Source of the DNA: an uncultured Roseicyclus sp.
GTDB taxonomy: Bacteria > Pseudomonadota > Alphaproteobacteria > Rhodobacterales > Rhodobacteraceae
Assembly (NCBI GenBank): GCA_947494975.1
Contig: CANLXA010000004.1
Span: 341,001 to 405,000 of the forward strand
DNA length: 64,000 nt
Reading direction: 5' to 3'
In this document: one piece after another, positions 39,135 through 49,331 of the stretch
Layout of the letters: every line of letters starts with the position of its first letter
Numbering within the stretch: the stretch's first letter is position 1
Program-made: the position numbers and the translations under genes
The notes under the pieces: model-generated
What the model was told of the DNA's origin: nothing
The model's input: the letters and a program-made list of their open reading frames with translations, nothing else
The model's database searches: none

Positions 39135-40204
39135 AACAAATGCCCCGACTTGTCGCGTTTCACATTAAGGTAATGGGCGTTGAAGCGGTTGGTCGGCGTT
39201 ACCAGCGGCACCCGTTCGGCCACCTCTATCCCCTCTTCACGCATCATTTCCACCTTGCGTGGATTGTTCGTCATCAACCGCACGGCACCAAACCCCATCC
39301 GTTTCAGCAAATCGGCCCCGATCCGAAAGTCCCGTTCATCGTCCTCGAACCCCAGCCGATGGTTGGCCTCGACCGTATCGAATCCCTGATCCTGAAGTGC
39401 ATAGGCTCGCATCTTGTTGGCCAGCCCAATGCCGCGCCCCTCCTGGTTGAGGTAGAGCAACACGCCTTCACCCGCTTTGCCCATCTCGGCCAAGGCCGTG
39501 CGCAATTGCGGCCCGCAATCGCATTTCATCGATCCAAGCACATCGCCGGTGAAACAGGCAGAATGAAGTCGCGCCAGCACCGGTTGCGCGCGGTCCGGCC
39601 GCCCGACCTCGATCGCGTAGTGTTCGATTTCCGCATTGTCAGGGCGGAAGATGTGCAGCCGCCCGGCCTCGGCCAGTTCCATCGGCAGCCGGGCGGTCGC
39701 GACGGCCGCCATCGGTGCATGCCCGGCGAGGTCCTCGGCGGCGGCGTCCGCAGGCAGGACCGTCAGGCCCTCCGGCACTTGCGACACCGAAACCGCCGCA
39801 ACAGCTGGCAGAAGCTGCGCCGATTTCGCGAGGACAAGCGCCAGACGGTGCAGGCTGGCATCCCCCTCGCGTTCCTCGCGGAATGGCCCGCGCAACGGCG
39901 CGCCCAGATCGCAGGCCGGGTCGGCCAGCTCACACAACCACCGCGCCCCCGCATCTGCCGGCATCCGGATCCGGGCGATATCGCCGTCATAGATCCGCAC
40001 CTTGAGCGTCTCCGCGCGCCATCCGGTGATCGCCGCCACAACCGGGCCCAGGGCGCGCAGCCCTCCCAACCGAGTGTCCGACGCCGTCTCGCAGGCCATG
40101 ACCACCAGTGCGTGATCGCCCGCCTGCAGGGCCACGGGCAAGCCGACGCGCAGATCGCTGCGCGCGCGGGCCACCAAATCGGAAATTGTCGGCAAAAGGC
40201 TCAT
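39131..40204 (-). CDS. ribA: GTP cyclohydrolase II
   Basis: RLHSACFTGD..GSMKCDCG, QEGRGIGL.NK and RLMTNNP.K motifs. Confidence 0.95.
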   Translation of the reverse strand: MSLLPTISDLVARARSDLRVGLPVALQAGDHALVVMACETASDTRLGGLRALGPVVAAITGWRAETLKVRIYDGDIARIRMPADAGARWLCELADPACDLGAPLRGPFREEREGDASLHRLALVLAKSAQLLPAVAAVSVSQVPEGLTVLPADAAAEDLAGHAPMAAVATARLPMELAEAGRLHIFRPDNAEIEHYAIEVGRPDRAQPVLARLHSACFTGDVLGSMKCDCGPQLRTALAEMGKAGEGVLLYLNQEGRGIGLANKMRAYALQDQGFDTVEANHRLGFEDDERDFRIGADLLKRMGFGAVRLMTNNPRKVEMMREEGIEVAERVPLVTPTNRFNAHYLNVKRDKSGHLL

Positions 40205-40355
40205 GGTCCAAACCCTTAACCCCTCCCTGACGGAAATTGAAACATTCCCTCACACACTCACACACGCCCGTGAGGCATGGTTACATCCGTAGACAAACCG
40301 CACCCCACGCGGTCATGTCATCGCAACGGAACACGAAAGACGGGAGGCCACGCAC

Positions 40356-41042
40356 ATGGCAAACCTCAAGAAAATCCTTCTGGTCGACGATGACGATGAC
40401 CTGCGTGAAGCGCTGAGCGAACAGCTTGTGATGACCGAGGACTTTGATGTGTTCGAAGCCGCCAATGGATCGCAGGCGATGGAACGCGCCAAGGAGGGCA
40501 TCTACGATCTCGTGATCCTCGACGTGGGTTTACCTGACACGGATGGCCGCGAATTGTGCCGCCTGATGCGCAAACAGGGCGTGAAATGCCCGGTTCTGAT
40601 GCTGACCGGCCATGACAGCGACGCGGACACGATCCTGGGCCTCGACGCCGGGGCCAACGACTACGTAACGAAACCGTTCCGCTTCCCGGTCCTTCTGGCC
40701 CGCATCCGCGCGCAACTGCGTCAGCACGAGCAATCCGAGGATGCCGTGTTCCAGCTTGGGCCGTACACGTTCAAGCCCGCCATGAAGATGCTGATCACCG
40801 AAGATGAGCGGAAGATCCGCCTGACCGAGAAAGAAACCAACATCCTCAAATTCCTCTACCGCGCGCAGGATGGTGTCGTGGCCCGCGATGTGCTGCTGCA
40901 CGAGGTCTGGGGCTACAATGCCGGTGTCACCACCCACACGCTGGAGACTCATATTTACCGCCTGCGCCAGAAAATCGAACCAGATCCGTCAAATGCCCGC
41001 CTTCTTGTGACCGAATCCGGCGGCTATCGTCTGGTTGCGTGA
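40356..41042 (+). CDS. OmpR-family response regulator
   Basis: LLVDDD, ILDVGLPD, GANDYVTKPF receiver plus LTEKE...VWGY...THTLETHIYRLRQK winged helix. Confidence 0.95.
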   Translation: MANLKKILLVDDDDDLREALSEQLVMTEDFDVFEAANGSQAMERAKEGIYDLVILDVGLPDTDGRELCRLMRKQGVKCPVLMLTGHDSDADTILGLDAGANDYVTKPFRFPVLLARIRAQLRQHEQSEDAVFQLGPYTFKPAMKMLITEDERKIRLTEKETNILKFLYRAQDGVVARDVLLHEVWGYNAGVTTHTLETHIYRLRQKIEPDPSNARLLVTESGGYRLVA

Positions 41043-41060
41043 CGGACAAGATTCCCCGGT

Positions 41061-41141
41061 ACCGGGATCCCGACCTCCCTCGGGAATGGTATCACTCTCC
41101 CTGTTGGACTTGGCCCGGGCGTTCGCGTCCGGGTCTTTTTT
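41061..41141 (+). ncRNA. Candidate 3'-UTR-derived sRNA (SorX-like), unit 1
   Basis: CCUCCC-loop hairpin, CTCCCTGTTG at 41097-41106, CCCGG..CCGGG hairpin and T-tract directly after the response regulator. Confidence 0.6.
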
Positions 41142-41207
41142 ATGCGGGAGACGCCGGGATTGACCCACATCAAATCGTGCCACGCATTGGCGGTTTATAC
41201 CCAATGG

Positions 41208-41256
41208 CACAACCTCCCTGTTGTCTGGCCCGGACCATCGCGTCCGGGTTTTTTTT
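41208..41256 (+). ncRNA. Candidate sRNA, unit 2 (tandem paralog of unit 1)
   Basis: ACAAC-CTCCCT-GTTGT hairpin followed by TGGCCCGG...CGCGTCCGGG-T8; 117 bp after unit 1. Confidence 0.55.
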
Positions 41257-41283
41257 GCCGCGCGGCGCGGCTAGGCTATCGGT

Positions 41284-43185
41284 ATGCTCTGCTTGCTCCG
41301 TCGCTGCCTTGGCCCCGCCCTGATTTGCCTCCTTGCCGCACCGGCCTTGGCCGAAAGTCATGAGGTCGTTGATTCGTTTTGGATGAATGGTGGCCTGCCG
41401 CCCGCCGGGCGGTGGTCTTCCTTCGCACCCGGGTTTTCACCAGGCTTCGTCTCGGTTGCGCGCCATGATGGTGTGTCCGGCACCGTGATGATGAGCTGCG
41501 GTACTGGCGCGGATCTCGAAGGGCTTGGCCTGGGCCTGAACTTCGCGCTTCCCCCGAATGTCGACCCCGACGAGGGCGCGTTTTTCGTGCAGGTGGGTGA
41601 TCTGGTGCTCCCGGCGGGCGGTGAGCCGCAGGTGGTCGATGGCCAATTCGTCGGCATCGGCGTTCCGAGTGTGCAGGGCGGCTATCCCAACCCGTACTGG
41701 CCCGGCCAGATTGCCCTCTTGCGTGCGCTGGCGGGGGAGGCCCGGATCGGGGCCCTTCATGCCACTGATGGGGTGCAAGACAACGCAGTTCCCGTCTGGT
41801 CCATGACAACGCAAGAGGCCGACGGCCTGCGGGCCCTGCGCGAGAATTGCGGGGATCTTTCTCCGCTGGCAGATCGGGAACCGGCAGCGGCTCCGGCACC
41901 TGCGCCGTCCCCGGCTGCCTGGGTTTTTGTCCCCTCCGACCGGCCCGCCTTTTACGACCGCGCCGACTTCATGCGCGGGGATACGTTCGGCCTCACCCTC
42001 TACTGCGATCCGCGATATGACGGGATCGGCTACGGGATCGACACCGAGGTCATGCAGGCCTCTGGTTTTGAATGGGGTGATACCCTGCTGCTCGCGGTCG
42101 ACGGGATGGAGGTGGCGATGCCGCTCGCCGCCACCGATGTGGGTTATGTCTCGGCGGAGGGCGCAGGCTATGCGCCCTGGATCGATGGCCCCGAAGCGAT
42201 GACGGCACTTCTGAGTGCGGGGCAAGCGGCCCTGGTGCGGGTTGCCGCCGCGGATGGCGCGCGGACCGAAATTCTCGACTTGACCACCGATCAGGTCGAC
42301 GGCCTGCGCCCGGTGGTCGAGGTCTGTGGCGCAAGCGCGGTGTCGGAGGCCCCCGAGACACTGGCGAATGACGGCGAGGCTCAGCCGGAACCGTCAGCCC
42401 TAACGAACGCCGAACCCGAACCCGCACCTGCGGCTCAGCCCGAGCAAGCTGCGCCGACCGGCCCGGCCTTTGCCGAGACGCCGATCCCGCCGGATGTCAC
42501 CCTTGGCCCCACCGCCGCCCCCGGCCCCGGTGGCCCTTCCTGGGAGTTGACAGCCGGCACGGATCGCTGGTCCACCCTGACGGGGCGTCAGACGGACCCT
42601 GATACCGCCATCGAATTGGGCGTGGCCTGCGCCGAGACAGGGCCGGTCTTCTACCTGCGTCTGACAGGCCCTGCGGAGCCCCGTGACGATGTTAGCTTGC
42701 TGGTGGATGATGATCAGCAATTCTTTGTCGACGGGGGTGGGTTCGATAACCTGCTGTTCTTCGAACCCGTCCCCGGCCTGATCGACGCGTTGAGCTTGGG
42801 CGCGAATGTGGACGTATTCGGCAGCTTCCCACCGGCCCGGTTCCATCTTCGCGGCTCCATGCGGGCGCTGGACGCCGCGTTTGCGGATTGCCGGGATCAG
42901 TGGCCAAGCGGCGCTGGAACCACGGAGGACCGTTTCCTGACAGAGGTGCTGGAGCGTGTCCGCCAATCGTGCAGCAATATTGGCTCCACCGGCGGGGCCT
43001 TGGGCGAAGGGGCCGTGAGTTTTTCGGAGGCCGGGGCGGAAGTCGACTACAGGAATATCCGTTGCGGGGGCGCGGGATCTGCCGCCAGTGTCGGGGCGGG
43101 ATTCTGTGGCGCGCGTGGCTGCCTTGTTGAGACCTGGATGCGGGATGACGAGGGTTTCGCCTTGACCGATCAGACGATGCGCTAG
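41284..43185 (+). CDS. Secreted multidomain hypothetical protein (three related domains plus Cys-rich tail)
   Basis: Signal peptide ending ALA/E, Pro/Ala linkers, repeated W...C...C domain pattern. Confidence 0.75.
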   Translation: MLCLLRRCLGPALICLLAAPALAESHEVVDSFWMNGGLPPAGRWSSFAPGFSPGFVSVARHDGVSGTVMMSCGTGADLEGLGLGLNFALPPNVDPDEGAFFVQVGDLVLPAGGEPQVVDGQFVGIGVPSVQGGYPNPYWPGQIALLRALAGEARIGALHATDGVQDNAVPVWSMTTQEADGLRALRENCGDLSPLADREPAAAPAPAPSPAAWVFVPSDRPAFYDRADFMRGDTFGLTLYCDPRYDGIGYGIDTEVMQASGFEWGDTLLLAVDGMEVAMPLAATDVGYVSAEGAGYAPWIDGPEAMTALLSAGQAALVRVAAADGARTEILDLTTDQVDGLRPVVEVCGASAVSEAPETLANDGEAQPEPSALTNAEPEPAPAAQPEQAAPTGPAFAETPIPPDVTLGPTAAPGPGGPSWELTAGTDRWSTLTGRQTDPDTAIELGVACAETGPVFYLRLTGPAEPRDDVSLLVDDDQQFFVDGGGFDNLLFFEPVPGLIDALSLGANVDVFGSFPPARFHLRGSMRALDAAFADCRDQWPSGAGTTEDRFLTEVLERVRQSCSNIGSTGGALGEGAVSFSEAGAEVDYRNIRCGGAGSAASVGAGFCGARGCLVETWMRDDEGFALTDQTMR

Positions 43186-44432
43186 GCCGATTTGGGCAGC
43201 CTCAACCGCGCCACGCCGTAAAGGAAGAGCGCCGCGAACACACCGGCCCCCACCAGAAACACCAGCCGAAGCGCGTCTTCGCGGCCCATCCCCGGCTCGG
43301 CGAGCGCCATGATCCAGCCGCCCGCCAGGGCGCCCACCGGCATCATGCCCCAGCCGAAGAATCGATAGATCGAATTGACCCGCCCCAGAAGCGCATCGGG
43401 GATCATCCGCTGCCGGAACGACACCGTGACCACGTTCCACAGGACCGCGACGAAGGTTTCCAGGAACAGAAGACCAACGGCGATCCAGACGGAACTTGTG
43501 GCATAGAGCCCCACAAAAGGCAGCGGCATCAGCGCCAGCGCCACCCACAGGCTGCGTTCCGATCCCAGCCGTTTCGCCAAGGCCGGGCAGAGCAACCCAC
43601 CCGCAACACCGCCCGCTGCACCCGCCGTCAGCAACATGCCATGGCCCACGGCGCCAAGGCCCAGAACCTCCTGGCTATAGAGAACCAGAACGGTGAAGCC
43701 GGCCATGTGGGCCGCGTTCAATCCGCCCAGGATCAGCGCCAGTTGCAGGATCACTTTGTGTTGCCTGAGCCAATCCCACCCCGCCCGCATTTCGCGCCAG
43801 AAGCTCTCGCGCGCCGCCTGTGCGCCCCGGGGCGGAAAGGCAATCGCCCAGACGGCAAAGGCGGCCAGTGCAAACCCCATCGCCTCGAAGATAAACGGCG
43901 CCGGCACGGCCATGGCGATCAACAGACCGGCCAGGGGCGGCCCCACGAATTGGCCCATCACCTGCTCAACCGACCAGATCTGTCCGTTGGCTTCCTCAAG
44001 TCGGTCCTTGGCCACCACGGAGGGGAGCGCCGTTTGCGCCGCATTGTCCCGGAATACCTCCGCCGTGCCCATCAGGAACGCAAGCGCGGCAAGGCCACCG
44101 ATCATCCACGCGACCTCCGCGCCGCTGGCCTCGCGCGGCCCCGCGACGATCAGAGCGACAACGGCCAGCGCCAGCGCCATGCGGGCCAGATCGGCGCGCA
44201 CCATCATCTTTTGCCGGTCCGCCCGGTCGGTCCAGACGCCCACGGGCAGGGCCCACAGGAACCACGGCAGCCGCGTGGCGAAGGCCACGATCGCCAGCGC
44301 GCGGGGATCGGTGGTGATCAGTGTTGCCATCCACGGAAAGGCCAGCGCCCCGATCCCGTCCGACAGGTTCGCCATACCCGCCCCTGACATCAACAAGCGG
44401 AAGTTTCGGTTTTCGCGGATCAATGCGGCCAT
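43182..44432 (-). CDS. MFS transporter (macrolide-efflux/DHA3-like)
   Basis: RNFRLL, G.W.DR.DR motif, about 12 TM segments, GRVNS; start reassigned to MAALIRE. Confidence 0.9.
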   Translation of the reverse strand: MAALIRENRNFRLLMSGAGMANLSDGIGALAFPWMATLITTDPRALAIVAFATRLPWFLWALPVGVWTDRADRQKMMVRADLARMALALAVVALIVAGPREASGAEVAWMIGGLAALAFLMGTAEVFRDNAAQTALPSVVAKDRLEEANGQIWSVEQVMGQFVGPPLAGLLIAMAVPAPFIFEAMGFALAAFAVWAIAFPPRGAQAARESFWREMRAGWDWLRQHKVILQLALILGGLNAAHMAGFTVLVLYSQEVLGLGAVGHGMLLTAGAAGGVAGGLLCPALAKRLGSERSLWVALALMPLPFVGLYATSSVWIAVGLLFLETFVAVLWNVVTVSFRQRMIPDALLGRVNSIYRFFGWGMMPVGALAGGWIMALAEPGMGREDALRLVFLVGAGVFAALFLYGVARLRLPKSA

Positions 44433-44490
44433 GGCGCTCTCCTTTGCGGACCACCTTGCCTCTGCCCGGCAGACAAGCACAATGGCCCCC

Positions 44491-45453
44491 ATGCGTTTCC
44501 TTGCCCGCCTGATCCTCGCCCTCCTGCTGATCACCATCATTGCCCTCACCGGGTTCCGCATTGCGGCCCATCTGCGGGAGACAGAGGCACCGGCCGATCT
44601 GGCCCCGGATGACGGGCGACTCGTGCCGACGGCTCTGGGCGGCATCTTCGCCATCGAACGCGGCCCGGCGGAGGGCCCTCCGGTCTTGCTGATCCACGGC
44701 TCCGTGGGCTGGTCCGGCAGCTGGCGTCACACGCTCGACGCTCTGGCGGCAGAGGGGTACCGCGCCGTGGCGATCGATCTGCCGCCCATGGGCTTTTCGG
44801 ATCGGGATCCGGCCGGCGATTACAGCCGCGCCACAACGGCGGCCCGCATCCTGGCCTTTGTCGAAGCCTCCGGCGCACAGCCCCACATCGTGGCTCATTC
44901 CTTCGGCGCGGGCGCGGCGGTGGAGGCCGTGATGCAGAGCCCCGATGCGTTCGCGTCGCTCACCATCGTCAATGGCGCCTTACCGCTCGATCCTGCCGAG
45001 GATGCCGCCCTGCCGCTCCCCCTTCGTCCGCTCTGGGTGCGCGAGCTGTTCATGGCCTCGACCGTGACCAACCCGCTGGTCTCCCGCCCGCTTCTGCAGA
45101 ATTTCCTGCACCGCAAGGAGGCCGCCACCGATGACGTGCTTGAGGTTCTGGCCCGCCCCAGCCACCTCGACGGCGCGACGGAGGCGCTGGCCCTGTGGTT
45201 GCCCGCGGGCCTCTTGCCACCCGCTGGTCTCCCGTCCGTGTCTTCGGCGGCCTATGCCGATATCGGCGTCCCCACGGCGATCATCTGGGGCGCGGAGGAT
45301 ACCACCACGCCGTTGCCCCAGGGCGAAAACTTGCATGCCCTGATCCCCGACAGCACCCTGATCGTCTTGCCGGATATCGGCCATATCCCCATGATCGAGG
45401 ACCCGGAAGGCTTTGATGCGGCCTTGATCGACGTGCTGGCCGGTATGCCATGA
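44491..45453 (+). CDS. Alpha/beta hydrolase with N-terminal membrane anchor
   Basis: LLIHG, DLPPMGFS, AHSFGA nucleophile elbow, WGAED and GHIP.IEDP. Confidence 0.88.
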   Translation: MRFLARLILALLLITIIALTGFRIAAHLRETEAPADLAPDDGRLVPTALGGIFAIERGPAEGPPVLLIHGSVGWSGSWRHTLDALAAEGYRAVAIDLPPMGFSDRDPAGDYSRATTAARILAFVEASGAQPHIVAHSFGAGAAVEAVMQSPDAFASLTIVNGALPLDPAEDAALPLPLRPLWVRELFMASTVTNPLVSRPLLQNFLHRKEAATDDVLEVLARPSHLDGATEALALWLPAGLLPPAGLPSVSSAAYADIGVPTAIIWGAEDTTTPLPQGENLHALIPDSTLIVLPDIGHIPMIEDPEGFDAALIDVLAGMP

Positions 45454-45483
45454 CGCGCCATCCGTCCCGTGCTAGGCAAGGCC

Positions 45484-46128
45484 ATGAAAGCTGACTTCGA
45501 TCCCGAGGATGTCCTGGATTTCTGGTTCCCGGATAATGGCCATTGGACCACACCCGAGAGCCATATTGCGTTCTGGGATGAGCGGATGCGCGGCGGCATG
45601 GATACCACGATCTGCGCGCGCTTCGCGGAGCTGACCGACGCGGCGGCCCGCGGCCTGCTTGACCATTGGGCCGAGACCCCGCGCGGGCGGCTGGCGCTGA
45701 TCATCGCGCTGGATCAATTCCCCCGGTCGCTCTGGCGCGACACGCCCGCGGCCTTCGCGCAGGACATCAAGGCCTGCCGCCTGTGCCTGGAGGGGATCGA
45801 CAACGGCCACTACGCGGCGCTGGACAACATGTGGGAGCGCCAGTTCTACATGATCTCGATCTCGCATTGCGAAGGTCCCGACCATCTGGCGCGTATGGAT
45901 CTGTGCTGTGAACTGACTGCGGCGGATGTCGAAACGCTGCCGCCCGAGATTGCCGCCATGGGGCCCATGGCGATGGAGCAGAACAAGCGGGTGCGGGCCA
46001 ATATCGATCGCTTCGGGCGGCACCCGCATCGCAACGAAGTTCTTGGCCGCCCCTCCTCCCCGGAGGAACAGAGTTACATTGACACCGGTGATTTTCCGCA
46101 CCAACGCAAGATCGAGAACCTGGCCTAG
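45484..46128 (+). CDS. DUF924 family protein
   Basis: VLDFWF, LDQFPRSL.R, RFGRHPHRN.VLGR.S..EE motifs. Confidence 0.88.
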   Translation: MKADFDPEDVLDFWFPDNGHWTTPESHIAFWDERMRGGMDTTICARFAELTDAAARGLLDHWAETPRGRLALIIALDQFPRSLWRDTPAAFAQDIKACRLCLEGIDNGHYAALDNMWERQFYMISISHCEGPDHLARMDLCCELTAADVETLPPEIAAMGPMAMEQNKRVRANIDRFGRHPHRNEVLGRPSSPEEQSYIDTGDFPHQRKIENLA

Positions 46129-46288
46129 CCTTGGACCAAAGGCGGCATGGGCCGCCCGGCGCAACTTCCGCCTCTCAAATAAGACCGCGCTATCTTCTGG
46201 CGCTTGCCCGCGCCGTAACGCACGGCCTCTGGACACGCCCGCCCTATCCCCTATCCTCCGCCGCTCACCCAGATCGGAGCCTCAGCCC

Positions 46289-47077
46289 ATGCCTTTCACC
46301 CTCGCCACCTGGAACATCAATTCGGTCCGCCTGCGGCAGGGCATCGTGGCACAGTTGATGACCGAGGAGGCGCCGGACGTTCTGTGCCTTCAGGAATGCA
46401 AAAGCCCGGTCGACAAGATCCCGGTGGAGGTCTTCCACGCCCTGGGCTACACCCACATGGTGGCGCGGGGGCAGAAGGGGTACAACGGCGTCGCGATCTT
46501 TTCCAAGATCCCGATGGAAGAGGCGGGGTCTCATGAATTCGCGGGCCTCGATCACGCCCGCCACATCGCCGGAACGCTCGAAAACGGGGTCACGATCCAC
46601 AACTTCTATGTGCCTGCCGGTGGCGACGTCCCGGATCGGGAGCAGAACATAAAGTTCGGCCAGAAGCTCGATTACCTGACTGACATGCGCGACTGGGCCC
46701 GCGAGGAGAAGCCGCAAAAGAGCATCCTTGTCGGCGATCTGAACATCGCGCCGCGCGAAGACGATGTGTGGTCTCACAAGCAACTGCTGAAGGTCGTCTC
46801 CCACACGCCGATCGAGGTTGAACACCTCGCCGAAACTCAGGATGCGGGCAAGTGGGTCGACATCACCCGCAAGGACATCCCCGATGGCCCGCTGTTCAGC
46901 TGGTGGTCCTATCGCTCACCGGATTGGGATGCGGCGGACAAGGGACGGCGGCTCGATCACGTCTGGGCGACACCCGACATCGCCAATGCCGGGCACTCCT
47001 CGCGCGTCGCCCGCCATGTGCGGGGATGGGAAAAACCCTCCGATCATGCGCCGGTCTTCGCAACATTCGACCTCTGA
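46289..47077 (+). CDS. xth: Exodeoxyribonuclease III
   Basis: ATWNINSVR, LCLQECK, GQKGYNGVA, GDLNIAP, RLDH and PSDHAPV motifs. Confidence 0.95.
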   Translation: MPFTLATWNINSVRLRQGIVAQLMTEEAPDVLCLQECKSPVDKIPVEVFHALGYTHMVARGQKGYNGVAIFSKIPMEEAGSHEFAGLDHARHIAGTLENGVTIHNFYVPAGGDVPDREQNIKFGQKLDYLTDMRDWAREEKPQKSILVGDLNIAPREDDVWSHKQLLKVVSHTPIEVEHLAETQDAGKWVDITRKDIPDGPLFSWWSYRSPDWDAADKGRRLDHVWATPDIANAGHSSRVARHVRGWEKPSDHAPVFATFDL

Positions 47078-47139
47078 CCCCTTGGCGCGCCCGGCCCCCG
47101 CCCGCATATAGGGGCCAACAACGCCAATAGACGGAGCTC

Positions 47140-48051
47140 ATGATGCTCGAATTCGGAACCTCCCCCGCCGATGCCCCCGCGGACGTGATCAAGGACACCA
47201 CCGACGCCACTTTCATGGCCGATGTGGTCGACGCCAGCAGCCAGACGCCCGTGATTGTCGATTTCTGGGCGCCATGGTGCGGGCCCTGCAAAACGCTCGG
47301 GCCGCAGCTTGAAGCCGCCGTGACCGCCGCCAAGGGCCGCGTGAAAATGGTGAAGGTCAACGTGGACGAGAACCAGCAGATTGCCGCGCAACTCCGGGTG
47401 CAGTCGATCCCGACCGTCTATGCCTTCCACAATGGCCAGCCCGTCGACGGCTTCCAGGGCGCCGTGCCCGAAAGCCAGATCAAGGATTTTGTCTCCAAAC
47501 TGGCGGATCTGTCGGGCGATGATGGCGGCCTGGGCGAAGCCATCGAGGCGGCCGAGGAAATGCTGGCGCAGGGCGAGGTGGCCGATGCCGCCCAGACTTT
47601 CGCCGCCATCCTCGGCGAGGAGCCGGAAAACGCCGCCGCCATGGGCGGCCTTGCCCGGGCGCATCTTGCGCTGGGTCAGATTGATCAGGCCGAGGCCTTG
47701 CTCAGCACCGCACCTGACGCGGTCTTCAACGCGCCCGAGCTGGAAGCCGCCCGCGCCCAGATCGCGCTGGCCCGTCAGGCCGCCGATGCGGGCCCGCTGG
47801 CCGAATTGAAGGCCGCGATGGAAGCCAACCCCGATGATCTGCAGGCCCGGTTCGATTACGCCCAGGCGCTCCATGCCGATGGCGATATCGAAGCCGCCGT
47901 CGACCAATTGCTCGACTTGTTCCAACGCGACCGGGAGTGGAACGACAGCGCCGCCAAGACACAGCTTTTCACCATCTTCGATGCGCTCAAGCCGCAAGAT
48001 CCGATTGCTCTGAACGGTCGTCGCCGCCTCAGCTCGATGATATTTGCCTAA
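47140..48051 (+). CDS. Thioredoxin-TPR chaperedoxin (YbbN/CnoX family)
   Basis: DFWAPWCGPC followed by a TPR-like helical C-terminus ending RRRLSSMIF. Confidence 0.92.
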   Translation: MMLEFGTSPADAPADVIKDTTDATFMADVVDASSQTPVIVDFWAPWCGPCKTLGPQLEAAVTAAKGRVKMVKVNVDENQQIAAQLRVQSIPTVYAFHNGQPVDGFQGAVPESQIKDFVSKLADLSGDDGGLGEAIEAAEEMLAQGEVADAAQTFAAILGEEPENAAAMGGLARAHLALGQIDQAEALLSTAPDAVFNAPELEAARAQIALARQAADAGPLAELKAAMEANPDDLQARFDYAQALHADGDIEAAVDQLLDLFQRDREWNDSAAKTQLFTIFDALKPQDPIALNGRRRLSSMIFA

Positions 48052-48078
48052 GACAAGGATCATCCTAGGTCATTCGGA

Positions 48079-48723
48079 ATGAGATTGCCTGCCGACCTCC
48101 CGGATACGATCCCGGTCTTCCCTCTGCCGGGGGCGCTTTTGTTGCCACGGGCGCGGCTGCCGCTTCATATCTTCGAGCCGCGCTATCTGCAGATGATCGA
48201 CGATACGCTCAAGACGGCCCATCGCCTGATCGGCATGGTGCAGCCCTACGAGGTGCCCGGCACCCAGGAAAAGCGCCTGCACACGATCGGCTGCGCGGGC
48301 CGCCTGACGCAGTTTTCCGAGACCGAAGATGGCCGCTACATGATCACGCTGGCGGGCATGTCCCGCTTTCGTGTGCAGCAGGAGGTGACGGGGTTCACAC
48401 CGTACCGCCGCTGCGATGTGACGTGGGATGGGTTCAGCGCCGATCTTGGCGCGACCGAGGAAGACAAGACCTTTGAGCGCGACGCCTTCCTCGACGTCCT
48501 CGGCCGATATTTCGAGACGATGGACCTGTCGACCGACTGGGACAGCCTGAAGGAGGCGGACAACGAATTGCTGATCAATTCGCTGTCCATGCTCTGCCCC
48601 TTCGACCCTGAGGAAAAGCAGGCCCTGCTGGAGGCACCATCGCTGACCACCCGTCGCGAAACCCTTGTCACGTTGCTGGAATTCGCGATGCGCGCCACGT
48701 CCGATGAAGAGCGGATGCAATGA
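48079..48723 (+). CDS. LON substrate-binding (N-terminal) domain protein
   Basis: IPVFPL.GALLLP...[10 protein letters not shown] and EDGRY motifs. Confidence 0.92.
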   Translation: MRLPADLPDTIPVFPLPGALLLPRARLPLHIFEPRYLQMIDDTLKTAHRLIGMVQPYEVPGTQEKRLHTIGCAGRLTQFSETEDGRYMITLAGMSRFRVQQEVTGFTPYRRCDVTWDGFSADLGATEEDKTFERDAFLDVLGRYFETMDLSTDWDSLKEADNELLINSLSMLCPFDPEEKQALLEAPSLTTRRETLVTLLEFAMRATSDEERMQ

Positions 48724-48917
48724 GCGAACCGGAGGAGGCGCCCCCGCCTGCGATTGATCGGCGTATGCTCGAAGCCCTCGTTTGCCCGATGACGCAAGCC
48801 CCGCTCAGCTATGATGCCAAGGCCCAGGAGCTGATCTCCAAGGCCGCACATCTGGCCTACCCGATCCGGGGCGGCATTCCGATCATGCTGGAAGAAGAAG
48901 CCCGCAAGCTCGACTAG
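48720..48917 (+). CDS. Trm112 family protein
   Basis: LEALVCP.T...L...[21 protein letters not shown]. Confidence 0.92.
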   Translation: MSEPEEAPPPAIDRRMLEALVCPMTQAPLSYDAKAQELISKAAHLAYPIRGGIPIMLEEEARKLD

Positions 48918-49327
48918 AGGTCGCGCGATGTGCGGCGATGCATCAGCCCGCCGACGATCATCAGGATGAGCCCACACACCACTCCGACCCCGACCATGCT
49001 CCATCCCATGGCTTGATCGGTCTCGAACGTGTCGAGGCGACGGGCGAACTCCGTCTCGTCGGCGATGCTGTAGAGGAAATCGTTGAAGAAGGCCTGCATC
49101 CCGGCCAGCGGCGCCGTGAGGGCCGCAGCCCCGATGGCGATGATGCCCCGCGCCGTTGCTCGACGGTCGGTGCCGGCGACCCAGATCAAGGCACCGGCCA
49201 TCGCGGCCAGCACAAGGCCCGCGGCCATCGCACGAAAGGGTGTTGTGACCGCGCTGATCGTGACCCAGCAGATCGCCACGATAATGATGCAGGTGAAGGC
49301 AAGCGTCAGGGCTCGGGACCGCGTCAT
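48914..49327 (-). CDS. Small 4-TM membrane protein (paralog B)
   Basis: Four hydrophobic segments; ALIW.A.T..RA.ARG..A.GA motif shared with the adjacent gene. Confidence 0.75.
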   Translation of the reverse strand: MTRSRALTLAFTCIIIVAICWVTISAVTTPFRAMAAGLVLAAMAGALIWVAGTDRRATARGIIAIGAAALTAPLAGMQAFFNDFLYSIADETEFARRLDTFETDQAMGWSMVGVGVVCGLILMIVGGLMHRRTSRDL

Positions 49328-49331
49328 TTGA

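Noticed and set aside
47081-47110. RpoH-type promoter upstream of the cnoX-like gene (CTTG...CATATA)
   Set aside because: Biologically plausible, but the spacing is 1-2 nt off the consensus I can support, so it is not called as a feature.
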